Shown in pieces: positions 47,438 through 61,399 of a stretch of 64,000 bases of DNA. The notes below the pieces were generated by a model. That model did not search any database. It was given only the letters and a program-made list of their open reading frames with translations, and was not told the DNA's origin. The DNA is from Obrimoposthia wandeli (lineage: Eukaryota), in the NCBI GenBank assembly GCA_977020255.1, contig CDROCS010002342.1, positions 434,001 to 498,000 of the forward strand, given 5' to 3'. Made by a program: the position numbers and the translations under genes. Every line of letters begins with the position of its first letter. Position 1 is the first letter of the stretch.

Positions 47438-49020
47438 GATATTTGATTGCTCCAATTCTAGATGAAGAACTATGGAATATCTCAATACGTCTCAATGGAT
47501 ATTTTGCTGATGACGGGAAAATGCAGCCTCTTTGGACTTTGAGTGAAGCCAATATGGTGTTTTACGTTTGATTTAATAAATGTTTTGAAAATAATTTTGA
47601 CTTGTATTTTCTCCAATAAATCTGACTGAAACGTATTATCTCCCTTTATAATACATTTTATTAATTAAAGCTTGTTAACGAAAAGAGATGTAAGATTCAT
47701 CAGTAAATTTCATCAATAAACAAGCTTAAACTACTTATTAATACATTTTTATTTGGGCCACGCAAAATTTTCATTTTATTATACTGGTCCTCATCGCTTT
47801 TGACATGCGAAGCCCTGGATTAGATGATAATTAAATCCTATATTAAATATTTTTAATTTATCTGACATTATCTTAAGACTTATTAATTACATAATTGTAA
47901 CAATTTAATCTTCTCTAAACACTTATCACTATTTACATTATAATATTACATTAATGCATACTGTAAGATTTGTAAAGAAGAATTAAATAAATAACATGCT
48001 TATTTATAGTGAATAAATAACCTTGAAAAAATTTATAAACATTTTCTTAAAAAAATTAAAAGTTTTTAAAACTAAAAAACATAATAATTTTAGAACCTTG
48101 AAAAGGATCATGAAAATGAATTTCTAAGCTAAAAAATGTAAAATGTTGGGAATAATTTAAGAGGGTCATATTCAAGTATTTTAATAATTTCTTATTTGGA
48201 ATTAACTTGTAATTAAAAAATTAAGTAATGCACTTTGGCATTTTCTTTAGGCTTTTTGATTGTAAGTCCATGACGATCCAAAGGATCGTTTAGTCCTGCC
48301 ATGGGCTCTTTACGGCTGATGCTTATCCCTGACTTCCCGGTGGGCAAAACACTCACAAAGTCAGAGATAAAAAATGGGGTTTTCCCCTCTGTTACATGCA
48401 CAAAGAACATACATCACACACATACACGTTTTTCTGGCATACATCCCTACTCACTCACATACTTACTCACATACTCACTCACTCTCGCTACTCACTCATC
48501 ACTGATATGTGTTACTTGCATTAATATATGTGTATTGATTTTTTTTCGTGGAGATATTTCCTGCACATCATCACACACAGTCGCGGGGGGCTTCAGTTTA
48601 TCTGCACTGACGCTGTCCGCCGGTCTGTGTGTCATTATTTCCCCGCTGTCCGTTTGAGGAACGGATCAGCGATTTGTGGGCAGTGTTATACACTGTATTT
48701 AAACTGCAGTTTTTGCCGCCAACGCCAATATAAAAGAAACTACGAAAAATGTATTGAATTATATTTTACTTCTACGATTTTAATTTTTTTCGTTAACATT
48801 TAAGCGAGGCAAAATCAGTGATATGAAGTCACCAATCATCCAGCCCCAACGACCATACCAACGACCATACCAACGATTCCAGCGAATCTCCATAGGGTAT
48901 TTAAAGACAATCATTTGCTAATTTATCGAACATAAAATTTCAGACAAGAAACAGCAGAGGACAGTACAGAAGAGATTTTACTAGAAGAATCAAACTTACC
49001 GATATTCAATAGAGGATAGT

Positions 49021-49758
49021 GCTCGAAGGACCAGCCGATGCAAAGGCTGTAGGTGATTTCCTCGTTCAATCGAATGGTTTTGATTGTGAAATTAGTAGAT
49101 GGATCAAGGTCACCCCAGTATTGTAGGTCGGTTCCAGAACGAGATTGGTGATATCAAACAGATCAGAGGCTACACCTGACCACAGCAAGAAGGCAAATTT
49201 GGAACTCAACAAGAGCAATCTAAGTCAACAATACGGACCCATTCAAATTGGACAGCCACATACGGCTTGTGAGAATAAATAGTAATTGGTGAGCAGAAGT
49301 TGATATCTGATAAATTGTAATAATTGAATTAAAGGAACATTTGGCGATAAAGTACCCACATCTTGATAAATTGTAATATTTGAATTAAAGGAACTACTAT
49401 CTGATAAATTGCAATAATTGAATATAATTGAAATAATAGTTTGTTAAATTATACTAATTGAGTCGGAAATTGTAGGCAGCAAATTTAAAGGGCGATTAAT
49501 CGGAAGCGTGAAGTGTGTTGCAGTTTGCTTAAAGATTCTCCATTTGAGAATTATACTTAGTATCGGTCTCTTTGTAAAAGCAGTTTAGTGTGAGTGTTAA
49601 TAATAAATATTAGAAGTCATAAACAGAGCACAGCCTCTCATTTAGCCCATCAACTAGATTGACGTAAATTGTTAACAACTAGGAGAACTTACCAGCCGAG
49701 AATTAATCAGTGAAACGCCAATCTAAGTCCTGACATATTCAGAGGGGTATCGTCGACA
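49021..49758 (-). mobile_element. Probable 5' LTR plus PBS of a second, truncated BEL/Pao element on the minus strand
   Basis: The reverse complement of 49021-49033 is TGGTCCTTCGAGC, a typical BEL/Pao PBS; candidate LTR start TGTCGAC at about 49758. Confidence 0.5.
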
Positions 49759-49783
49759 TTGCTTGAGTCTGGTTATTTTGTGC

Positions 49784-52700
49784 TGTTGAAGAATGTTAAT
49801 GGAATATAATTAAATGGAATTGAATGTTAATGGAATATAATTAAATACATTAAAATATTATTAGTAAAATAAATTAAATAGTGGGCAGTGAGATGGCGAT
49901 GATGGGGGGGTAGTGGAAATAGTGATGAAGGTCCTTATTTATAAAAGTTTTTAATATGAATTTACCAGGTGTTTTACCAAGGTGGTTGGTAACTTAAAAG
50001 TTAATGTTGTCAAGAATAAAGTTTGTATTTTAAAAAGTTTAAAGTAATTCAATAAAGAATTGAGTGATTTTGAATTTATGTTTTTATTTATGAAGTTATT
50101 CCCTGAAGTTATTTATGAAGTTATTCCCTCAAATATTTCGGTGCCTCAATCTTCCTCATCATCTTGACAATTTTTCAGTCACTATTTATCCTCTCAACCT
50201 TCAACTTGCAATTTTGTAACAATTGTAACAATGTTATCAGAAATCTCTACAACATCAAATGATGTTATTCTCTCAAACATGGTAGCAGAGAAGAAGAAGA
50301 TATGTATGTTAATGATGATGGAAGTAAATGGAAGTCACGAGGCTAACAAATTACAAGAAGTTCTCTACGGATTTATAAGTAAAAATTACGGAATTTTACG
50401 GATGAATAAAATGAATAATATGAATTATCAAGAACAATATGTATATGTACATGAAGATGATGAAAGTACTTTCTATATGGTCAATACCGTTAAAGATTAG
50501 AAATCAAGCTTTTTAAAGCAGAAGAACAGATTTGCTGCCAATAGAACCTGCAGAGAAAAGGATGGACCAAGAACCAGAAGATCTTTATATTTGTTAGAAC
50601 ATTTGCCTTCGATAATCCGAAACTATTCTTGAATGAAGACGAGGACAAATTAAACCTGGGTTCAGTGGGTTATCGATACCGAAAGTTTAACCGCAGTAAC
50701 GATACCAAATTGGTCGTGCGAGAGGATCAGAAGTTGGAGATAGAAGACAAAATGGACCCAGAAATGATCGGACAATCGGAGAAGGTGCCACAGCTGGAGC
50801 CCTTTGTCATGGACAAGTCGCTGCTGGATGTTGGGCTTTTTTTTGCTATTTAATTGCCCGCCCCTTGCTGTCGTTTCATTACCCGCTATTTTAAACTTAA
50901 ATTAAAAGTAAAAGAGTTCATAGTATTTGATTTTGTTTTGTTAGTAGTGGTTGATTCTTCAACTGTAATACATAGTAAGATGATGTTATATAGATATTAT
51001 AGTAAAATGATGAAATACATTGTAAGAGTAAAGTTAAACCGCAGGGAAAGTTTTAAGGGATGAATTGAGGGAGAATATGTGGAGAATTATAGAGGATGGC
51101 AAGCACCATCCGAGAAACTACCTCAGCCGGCATTGGCGGTGGCCTATAGACGAAGTCTGACGGAGGGATGCTTCGCAGTGTCGATTGAGGACGGGACAGC
51201 GTGCATCCAACCGCAAGGAAAGCATCAAAAGCAGAAGTGGTACATGAAAACAACCGCTATGACGTCAAGTTGCCATGGAACGAGAAAAAAACCGAATTGA
51301 GAATGAATAACCATGGTCGAAAGAAGGTTAAATAGTCTCATCAGAGAGTTGGATAAGGATCGATTATTAAAAAACGACTATTCAACAGTAATATAAACTT
51401 ATATGACTAAAGGATACATAAAAAAATTAACGCTAGATGAAGAGAAAGAAACAAAGTGGTTACTACCTCACTTCCCAGTTGTAAAAAGGGAAAAAGTTCA
51501 ATAAAAGTGAGATTAGTCTTTAACGCAGCGGGGAAAACGAATAATATGAGTCTAAATGAGGCAATCCATTGTGGTCCCAAGCTGCAAGGAGACCTTATAG
51601 CCATTCTTCAGCGATTCCGAAGGAATACAATATCGTTAGCGTGTGACATTTCAGAGATGTACTTACAGATCAAGACACGTAAGGAAGACCGGCCATAGCT
51701 AAGGTTCTTATGGAGAAATAGAGAGAACTAGAGGGAAATGTATGAATTTCAGAAAGTAGTCTTTGGAATAAATGCCTCGCCGTTCTTGGCTCAACTGGTA
51801 ATCAGAGTAAACGCATAAAACTTTAAAGTAAAGTATCCAAGAGCCAGTGAGACAATTTTGCAATCAACCTACATGGCCGATAGTCTAGATTCAGTATCTT
51901 CAGTAACCGAAGCAGATAAGCTAAAAGATCAGTTGGTGGAAATATGGGGGAATGCAGGGATGATTACAAGGAAGTGGATTAGCAATAGCCCAGAGGTTAA
52001 TGAAAAATACCCCTTGTAAGTGAGCTGAAGATGGATGAAGTGGAAGAAGGGATGCAGTGGTTGATAAAGCATGAACAAATCAGTACTTCTGCAAGGAATA
52101 CCAAAGGTTGAAAAAGAGGAAAGATATGGAGAGAACAAGCTCATTACTAAGGTTGAAACCGTGGGTGGATGAAAAAGGGATAATCAGAGCCAATACCCTA
52201 ATTAGATGACAATACCCTAATTACGCCTAATGTATTTTAACAGTAAATACATTAGGCGTACACTGCAATGCCAAATCTGACAATTTTTTCATAGTGACAA
52301 AATTTGACGAAGTCAACGACATAACCAAACGATCTTTCTTAAGTCTTTTATCAAAAGTGTTTGATCCATTAGGTTTTGTTAGCCTGATAGTCATCAGAGC
52401 CAAAATTATTATGCAGTAAGTCTGGCTTACAGGGTCGGATTGGGATCAAAAAGTAAATCAAGAATTAACTAAGATAAAAGTACAATGGATAGCGGATTGT
52501 AAGCAATTGAAATAGATCAAGATTCCGAGGTGGATGATAACGAGTGAGAAACAGCAAGAAATTCACGTTGATGGCAGCTAAAAGTAGATTTGCCCCAGTG
52601 AGAATAAAATGTGTACCCATATTAGAGCTGATAGCTGCAGGGATTGGAGTGAAGTTAGCACAAACGATATGGGATGCTTTAAATTTAATGGAGGTAAAAA

Positions 52701-55700
52701 CAACATTTTGGTCGGACAGCAAGAACGTATTATGGTGGATACACCAGCCAGGAATAGACTACAACCCGTTTGTAGCCAACCGAGTGTGGATGATCCAAGA
52801 AGATACTGATATAAATCTCTGAAGGTATGTGCCCACGAAGCTAAATCCAGCAGATATACTATCGCGGGGAGTCGATGTAAAGCTATTGATTGACGAGACA
52901 GATTTGGTGGGAAGGACCGGAGTACCTAAAGGAACAGAAAGAAAATTGGCCAGTTAATTTAGACTTAGAATAAATACAGTCAGATAAAGAGAAAAAGAGA
53001 CGGTACAAGGAAGTAACAATGTTCATACAGGAAGTAAACTGTTTCAAGATAGAGACTAATTCCGACTTGACGAGGTTGAAGACAGTCTTAGCTTGGATAC
53101 TACGATTTGCACGAAATATAAAGTAATCTCGAAATAGCAGACTTGTAGATGAGCTGAAGATTGATGAAGTGGAAGAAGAGATGCAGTGGTTGATAAAGCA
53201 TGAACAAAATCAGTACTTCTGCAAGTAATACCAAAGGTTGAAAAAGAGGAAAGATATGGAGAGAACAAGCTCATTACTAAGGTTGAAACCGTGGGTGGAT
53301 GAAAAAGGGATAATCAGAGCCAATACCCTAATTAGATGACAATACCCTAATTACGCCTAATGTATTTTAACAGTAAATACATTAGGCGTACACTGCAATG
53401 CCAAATCTGACAATTTTTTCATAGTGACAAAATTTGACGAAGTCAACGACATAACCAAACGATCTTTCTTAAGTCTTTTATCAAAAGTGTTTGATCCATT
53501 AGGTTTTGTTAGCCTGATAGTCATCAGAGCCAAAATTATTATGCAGTAAGTCTGGCTTACAGGGTCGGATTGGGATCAAAAAGTAAATCAAGAATTAACT
53601 AAGATAAAAGTACAATGGATAGCGGATTGTAAGCAATTGAAATAGATCAAGATTCCGAGGTGGATGATAACGAGTGAGAAACAGCAAGAAATTCACGTTG
53701 ATGGCAGCTAAAAGTAGATTTGCCCCAGTGAGAATAAAATGTGTACCCATATTAGAGCTGATAGCTGCAGGGATTGGAGTGAAGTTAGCACAAACGATAT
53801 GGGATGCTTTAAATTTAATGGAGGTAAAAACAACATTTTGGTCGGACAGCAAGAACGTATTATGGTGGATACACCAGCCAGGAATAGACTACAACCCGTT
53901 TGTAGCCAACCGAGTGTGGATGATCCAAGAAGATACTGATATAAATCTCTGGAGGTATGTGCCCACGAAGCTAAATCCAGCAGATATACTATCGCGGGGA
54001 GTCGATGTAAAGCTATTGATTGACGAGACAGATTTGGTGGGAAGGACCGGAGTACCTAAAGGAACAGAAAGAAAATTGGCCAGTTAATTTAGACTTAGAA
54101 TAAATACAGTCAGATAAAGAGAAAAAGAGACGGTACAAGGAAGTAACAATGTTCATACAGGAAGTAAACTGTTTCAAGATAGAGACTAATTCCGACTTGA
54201 CGAGGTTGAAGACAGTCTTAGCTTGGATACTACGATTTGCACGAAATATAAAGTAATCTCGAAATAGCAGACTTGTAGATGAGCTGAAGATTGATGAAGT
54301 GGAAGAAGAGATGCAGTGGTTGATAAAGCATGAACAAAATCAGTACTTCTGCAAGTAATACCAAAGGTTGATAAAGAGGAAAGATATTGAGAGAACAAGC
54401 TCATTACTAAGGTTGAAACCGTGGGTGGATGAAAAAGGGATAATCAGAGCCAATACCCGAATTATTAATGCAGAGTTTTTAGATAATGACACAAAATATC
54501 CCATAGTGTTATCGGAAAAGAGTTGGCTGACTAGATTAATCATAAAGGATACACACGAGAGGTTACGACATTACGCCGGGGTACAGCATATACTAAATGA
54601 GAGCCAAAATAAATATTGGATTCCTAAAGTACGAAGAGTAATCAAATAAATAGAGCAATAATGCTTCGACTGCAATAAAAGTAAAGCCGTAGGGATGGTC
54701 GAAGAGATATCACCCTTGCCGGGATTCAGATTTGAACAACTGTTAAGGGTCTTTTCAAACGTTGGAGTGGACTTTGCAGGATCATTCATTACAAAACAAG
54801 GACGGGAAGAGTGAGGACTAAGAGATACCTTTGCCTTTTTACATGCCTGCAAACGCGGGCCATTCATTTAGAGATGGCTTATGGTTTGGATGTCGATAGG
54901 TTTATTAGGGCATTAAAAAGATTTATAGAAAGAAGAGGAAGACCACGAATGAAAATATCGGATAATGGCACAAATTTTGTGGGGGCGTTGAATGAAGTGA
55001 GCGAATTGGTACGGGATGGTTATCGGATTCAAAAGGAGTTAGTAAAGGAGGAGATACGTTGGGTCTTCAACCCACCACATGTACCACATTTTAGAGGGGT
55101 CTTTGAGATCATGATAAAATGTGCCAAAAATGCTATATACCGGATTCTAAGAGGAGCCGAAGTGACTGACGAATAATTACAATTAGAATTCATCGAAGCT
55201 GAAAGCCTTGTAAATTCTAGATCCATTGGAGTTAAGAGCATGGATGCAAAGGAAAATGAGGCGCTTTCACCTAACCATTTTTCAATAAATCAGGCGTATG
55301 CTGAGACAAAGTTTGGGAGCGATGAAATGAAGTCGAAGCACAGATGGAAATTTGTCCAAATGTTAACCAGTATGCTATGGAAGCGATGGATGGAGGAGAT
55401 TGTACCCATGTGGGCACCGAGACAAAAGTGGCATGAGGCACGCACACCGTTACTGATCGACGACATCGTGTGGATAATAGAGAAGCAAATGAAGAGAGGT
55501 TAATGGAAATTAGGTAGAGAGGAAAAATTAGAGACCGGAGAGGATGGGAAGGTGAGAGTAGCAAAGATTATAGTGGGAAATAAGTTAATAGTTAGTGCGC
55601 TTCATAGCGTGTGTAGATTATATTGGGTCCTTAGAGCTGTTTTATAATTTACTCGTTGTTATAATTATGTCAATGCTGAATAATGAAAGTAAGTATGTGA

Positions 55701-56277
55701 TTGTGTGATAATGATGAGTAAAGAGTATGAGGAATAATATAAAATTAAATAGAATATAATAGTCATAGATTGATCATGTCTGATCAAATGGGGGAGAATG
55801 TTGAAGAATGTTAATGGAAAAGAATTAAATGGAATTGAATGTTAATGGAATATAATTAAATACCTTAAAATATTATTAGTAAAATAAATTAAATAGTGGG
55901 CAGTGAGATGGCGATGATGGGGGGGGGGTAGTGGAAATAGTGATGAAGGTCCTTTTTTATAAAAGTTTTTAATATGAATTTATCAGGTGTTTTACCAAGG
56001 TGGTTGGTAACTTAAAAGTTAATGTTGTCAAGAATAAAGTTTGTATTTTAAAGATTTAAAGTAATTCAATAAAGAATTGAGTGATTTTGAATTTATATTT
56101 TTATTTATGAAGTTATTCCCTGAAGTTGTTTATGAAGTTATTCCCTCAAATATTCCGGTGCCTCAATCTTCCTCATCATCTCAACAATTTTTTAGTCACT
56201 ATTTATTCTCTCAACCTTCAACTTGCCATTTTGTAACAATTGTAACAATGTATCAAATGATGTTATTCCCTCAAACA
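49784..56277 (+). mobile_element. BEL/Pao LTR retrotransposon, decayed, with an internal tandem duplication
   Basis: LTRs 49784-50279 and 55799-56277 (TG...CA); 5-bp TSD TGTGC; PBS TGGTAGCAGAG (matches the initiator tRNA-Met 3' end); PPT GGGGGAGAA; motifs LPHFPV, VFDPLG, AAKSRFAP, GVDFAG, ISDNGTNF. Confidence 0.95.
52014..54458 (+). repeat. 1130-bp-period tandem duplication (about 2.2 units) inside Pao pol
   Basis: ORF pairs 52465/53595, 52544/53674 and 53056/54186 are offset by exactly 1130 bp; copies are nearly identical. Confidence 0.92.
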
Positions 56278-58428
56278 TGTGCCAATTTATGGTCTTGTTT
56301 TTACAAAAGTCTTTAACAAAAATAGTACTTCATGTCCTTGACTTTAAAATCATGTGCACTATAATAAAATATGACTTTCATTGATGAACTTCCAAAAGCA
56401 GGCGCAAGCAACCGAAATTTGATGCATTCTAACAAAAGTCAGGCCAAAACTAAGACCTTATAACCATATACACTATAACTTCAAATAATTTTGACCTATA
56501 TGGTGAAAAACGTTTCACAAAAATTGAAACAGATTCTTTGTTCTCAAGTCATTACATGCAACTACTTTAATTAAAATAAGAACAAATGGCGATAAAAATA
56601 TCTAAATCAAAAAAGTAAACCGTATTTTTGTGGTATATAGATATAGCCATTAACAGTAATAAAGTGTAGTAATATTGAAGAATTTGCTGTTTAGAAAAGA
56701 CTACAGTTATCTACGCAAAGTTACTTATTTGTATAAAGCCTTTGAATAAAAATTTATACCATAATAAAGAAATTGTTCTATTTAACGTAACTATCTATAG
56801 CGAAAATGATTTAATGACAACAGACTGATTCAAAAATTAATTAAGTAAATATTTTCGTTAAAAATTTTATTTAAAACTAAAATAAATGAAACTGAAAAAA
56901 TTGTCTTAACCCATTTTCAAATTTATCTGTCGATTAGTGAAATATTTTAATCAAATTCCCAGATAGATTAAAATTAAGAACAACAATCAATTAAAATTAA
57001 ATTACCTTTTTTACTTAATGTAGAAATTTATGGTAAATTTATAATTAATTTGTCTTTGATGATTACCTTTTAATATGCATCGTTACATGCGGTTTTAGCT
57101 TAATTAAATTTAGCTTAATTAATTTTTTATTAGCATCAATGCCAATTAGAAATACCCTGGTTTGCATTTTAGCTTTTAAAATGGAATTTACTTTGATTTT
57201 GCTGACGAACAAAAATTCTATTGAACTACCGATCGCTACAAATTGTTAGAATATACGAATATGGGTAACTAAATTCATTTGGAAATCAAAATCCTGAAAA
57301 TTTGTAGGTTAATTTGCCAAAAATTCAAAATTTTCTTTCAACTCGGATTTTCTAGGGAACGTCTGAAAATATCAGATTTATTTATTTTTGTTGGAAGATA
57401 ACTGATACTGTTCGTTGGAATTCGACACTGAAAACGTATGCAATGTTTACAGAGAACGCTAATTTGTATCGAAACCAAAATTGATATTTGGATACACTGT
57501 CCAATCTTGATTGGTAATCTGAAGCACACACATTTCTCTATATTTGCTAAATCGACAAACGATTCTTGGCCATTCATTAAAATGCTTCTTACACAATATT
57601 TCAGCTTCAGTCCGAATTTAAGTTTATTCCACTTCAAATTTCCGGTTATTTTGCATCCTGAGAGGTGGATAACGGAAAATGAGTATAGAATCAAGCTGAT
57701 CATAGATTCCCATTGTCTCGATTGACAAAAGTGTCTGTGAACTTTATATTTTATGTTTTTCATTTTCTACTAGATAGTTGAATATGATTTCTTTGAGATA
57801 TTTAAACAGTCCAATGCAGGAATAAGTTTTCAATGAAATATTTCATATTGTACAATTGAATGATGTGAATTTGCTCATGCTTTTTTAATTTTGACTTTTT
57901 ATTCTATTTTTAGATACGATAAATAATCACTAGGGCGGTTATTTTATGACCTAAAAATTCAGAAAATATGACTGACTTTACCTAAATTTATATAATATCA
58001 TTGAATTAATGCTTACTTTTGGAATTTAAAACTTTAAAATTTATTTGGATAATGAAAAAAGAATAATTACAAAAATTATAAATCTTTGATTATAAATTAA
58101 TTTTTTTATTATAAATTCTAATCCTTTTATTGTAAATTGTAATAAAAAAAGATGAAAATAATAATTTTTTTATGTATTTAAAAAATAAGGCTTTTATGAC
58201 TTTTACATAAAAATTATAACTTTTTATGATATTTATCATAAAAGCCGCCCTACTAATCACACAACATATCAAAGAAGAGGCCATCTGTCTCGGTATGAAT
58301 GGGACTGTACCGATATATAAATACATGTCTCACGTTCCGATCGTCCAGGTAATTATCCTGAGATGTTTTATTTCCCTAGATTGAAGTATAGCTCACCGTT
58401 CCAGTGTTGCTATTCTACATCCGTTGTA

Positions 58429-58717
58429 AGTAGGTGGATGTGTCCGGTCTAATCCACCCCGTGTATATATGTATTGCTCGTCAGGCCACCGCGTGCCCAA
58501 AGGACACACGTTGGCCCTTAGATGGCCTCTCAGGCACTTCCTCACTCTGAGGGAGCACTATGAGATTTTCAATTTTAGAGGGTGTTATATGGGGTTAATT
58601 AGTTTTTAGGGTGTTGGGTGGGGGGCTAGAAAATTTCACTCCACACACATGCACAGTTTTGAAGGACAGTGGTAGCCTCCCGGGGAGGGTGGATTAGACC
58701 GGACACATCCACTTATT
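58429..58717. mobile_element. 289-bp MITE-sized mini-Maverick C
   Basis: 31-bp TIR AGTAGGTGGATGTGTCCGGTCTAATCCACCC with 2 mismatches at the right end; perfect 6-bp TSD GTTGTA at 58423-58428 and 58718-58723; interior homologous to 4860-5115. Confidence 0.88.
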
Positions 58718-61399
58718 GTTGTAATTTTACCGCAAAAATACTCAAAATAACACATCTGATTACACATTATGACGAAACTATTTTTTCCTTACAGGGATTT
58801 CGAAAAATTCGAAACACTTGACATTCGAACGGAGAATCACCAGTTGGGATGCATTGTGAAATAAAACCTAGAAAACGACCTTAAATCAGTGTATCTATTT
58901 TTTCACTTCAAACCAGATTTGTCCCTATACGAGGATATCAGAATCTGGTCACCCAGTATTAAAGACGCACCAAACATATTTTTACGGGATTTCTGAGAAT
59001 AAAACTGGAGTACAAGCTAATTGGGGTACCTGTTTATAATCACAGTATCTATAAATCATGTTTCTTTGATAAAAAATCTTCTTAAAAAGTGTTTATAATT
59101 TTGCACTTTTTATGAATAAAGATACCATTTTTACAAAACGTCAAAATTAACTACATGTTACTCAAAGGTGCATCAAAATTTCATGCAGGAACTCTTTCAA
59201 TTTTCTTTATAAAGCTACTGAAACCCTTTGTAATATGTCCTTCAGTATTGTTTAACACATGTTTATATGCTGACAATTAAGGATAAAAATGGTATATTTT
59301 TATTTTAACTTTTAAATGTTGTCAAATCACCTATGAAAAGAGATGCTTTTCTGAATAATTAAGTGAATTTTAAATTCAACTCTAGCTCTTATTGGAAGCC
59401 AAAGTATGATTATAATTTCTTAAAAGAATAATGTAAAGGAAAAACGAATTAAGATATCGAGCTATTTGAAATTCCCTAGAAACTTTATTGCAACTATTAT
59501 ATAATATGCATATTTTATGTACAAAATCCGGTTACGTTAAATTTACATTTTTAAAATGGAAAAAATAAATTTCTAAGGAACCGAAATACAATTTAAATCG
59601 CAACAACAAAAACAGATTGTAAAATAACAAACATTACAACAATTAATTAGCTCTATTATGAAGTAAAAGCATCTAGCAATTATTTAATGATTACATTTAC
59701 ATAATTGTTTGTGTAATTCGATTTGCTAGATACTCCAACAATTTCCTTTAGCGTCTTAACATTTCCAGACGCGCAGACACAGCAAGCATGGCGAACAGCG
59801 GGAAGAAACTAAAGTGACTGTCAGAAATCATTTGACAGTGACACTGTTTATGTTTATTGTACCAAACTTTAACTAAATTGTCAACGCGAAATTCATTAGA
59901 ATATGTTAGTACACTAACGAATTCTCAGTTGTTGTTAAGATAGTAAACGTGTCAATAATTACTGATAATTCCCGGAAAGTGAAAAATACGCTTTAATAAA
60001 ACAGATTAATTCAAATTAACGTTAAATTCATTCAAATTAATTCATCCTAACCCAAATTCTACACTGATTTCAAAAATGCTTACAAAATTTTTATTTGAAA
60101 TCATAAAACTAATTAGAGTGATTTTATTCATTAATTCAAATCCATTTCATTAAAATAAATACAAATAAGATAATTAAAACAATAATTTCAAATTACTTTC
60201 ATTTCATCAATTTAATTAATCCAGTTACACATTTCAAAACGGAAATTCAAATCTATTTTCAAATAATTTATTAAAGTTGTAGAAGACAAGTTTGAACTTT
60301 CCTCACCGAAATTTTGTTCAGAATTGAAATTTAAAATCAAAAACCCGCTTAAGAAATTTTATTTAAAGCAATTTGAGTATAAAATTGTCAATTAATTAAA
60401 TGAATGTTGCCATGTCTTGGGATATCTGCTTGCACCGATATGTAAACCGGCATTATCGGGCCACCAATCCCACCAGCTTCATTTAAGTTTCCACATTGAT
60501 TTTGTTTACAAACATTATAATAACTCAAAATGAATGTAAAAATGCTATGTTCAAATATGTCTAAAACACAATTAAAATTTTTGTTGTAAATTCGAAATAT
60601 TTACTTGTTAAAACGCAAATTCAATTTCATTACACATAGTGGTATTTTGAAAATAATGTTTGAAATCAGATTGGTAATTAATTATTAAACCTTACAGATG
60701 GATTAATTGTTTTTCTTATGTGATATATTTGCAAACCAACATTTTTTACTATTATTGCATAAAGATTTTATTGAAATATTTCTCTTATTAAATCCAAATT
60801 TTTCTTTTGAAAGATAACATCAATTGAAATTTGGGTGTTGATACATACTAAAATGAATTGTTTAACAAATTTTATTGCAGTATTTACACCTATTTGTTGA
60901 ATAAGTACAACTACAGTGACATCCCGATCATAACAAGACCAGCTAGCAATTGTTACAAGTGGATATAAAAACTAACTGCATAACATATATTACACAATAC
61001 AAATACAATATTTAAAGCACTAAAATATCCAAAATAATAACTAAAATAACACGAATATATTTACTACTGTTTCCTAATTAACCATTCGTTAGAAATAAAC
61101 GATAGTATCATGCAATGTCGTTCCCCGACACTGATAATATTACTAGTGTTGATAGGATTGATTGATGTATGGCTAATTAGAAAATTAATTCGACTTATAA
61201 AAATGACATATAAGGATTCATGTATATGAAAATGAAGAGATCAAATTGACATACGAAGGAAGTACTTGCATATCTTTTAGGATAGAGGATAACATAGTTA
61301 ATGAAGCGATTTATTACACGTGAAACCATCAACTAGATCCATTTTGCATGGACTACGAAGTTAACCGACAACGCACACTATAGAATATCAGAAACGTTT

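Noticed and set aside
51929-55564. Minus-strand and alternate-frame ORFs in the Pao region as genes
   Set aside because: They are antisense or off-frame shadows of the decayed pol and simply repeat with the 1130-bp duplication.
57338-57763. 141-aa Cys-rich ORF as a secreted protein
   Set aside because: No convincing start context, family motif or splice structure; overlapping ORFs on both strands make it ambiguous.
59760-60500. P-element/THAP or Harbinger remnant with a CTGTCA...TGACAG palindrome
   Set aside because: Only vague motif similarity, and no TIR or TSD found.
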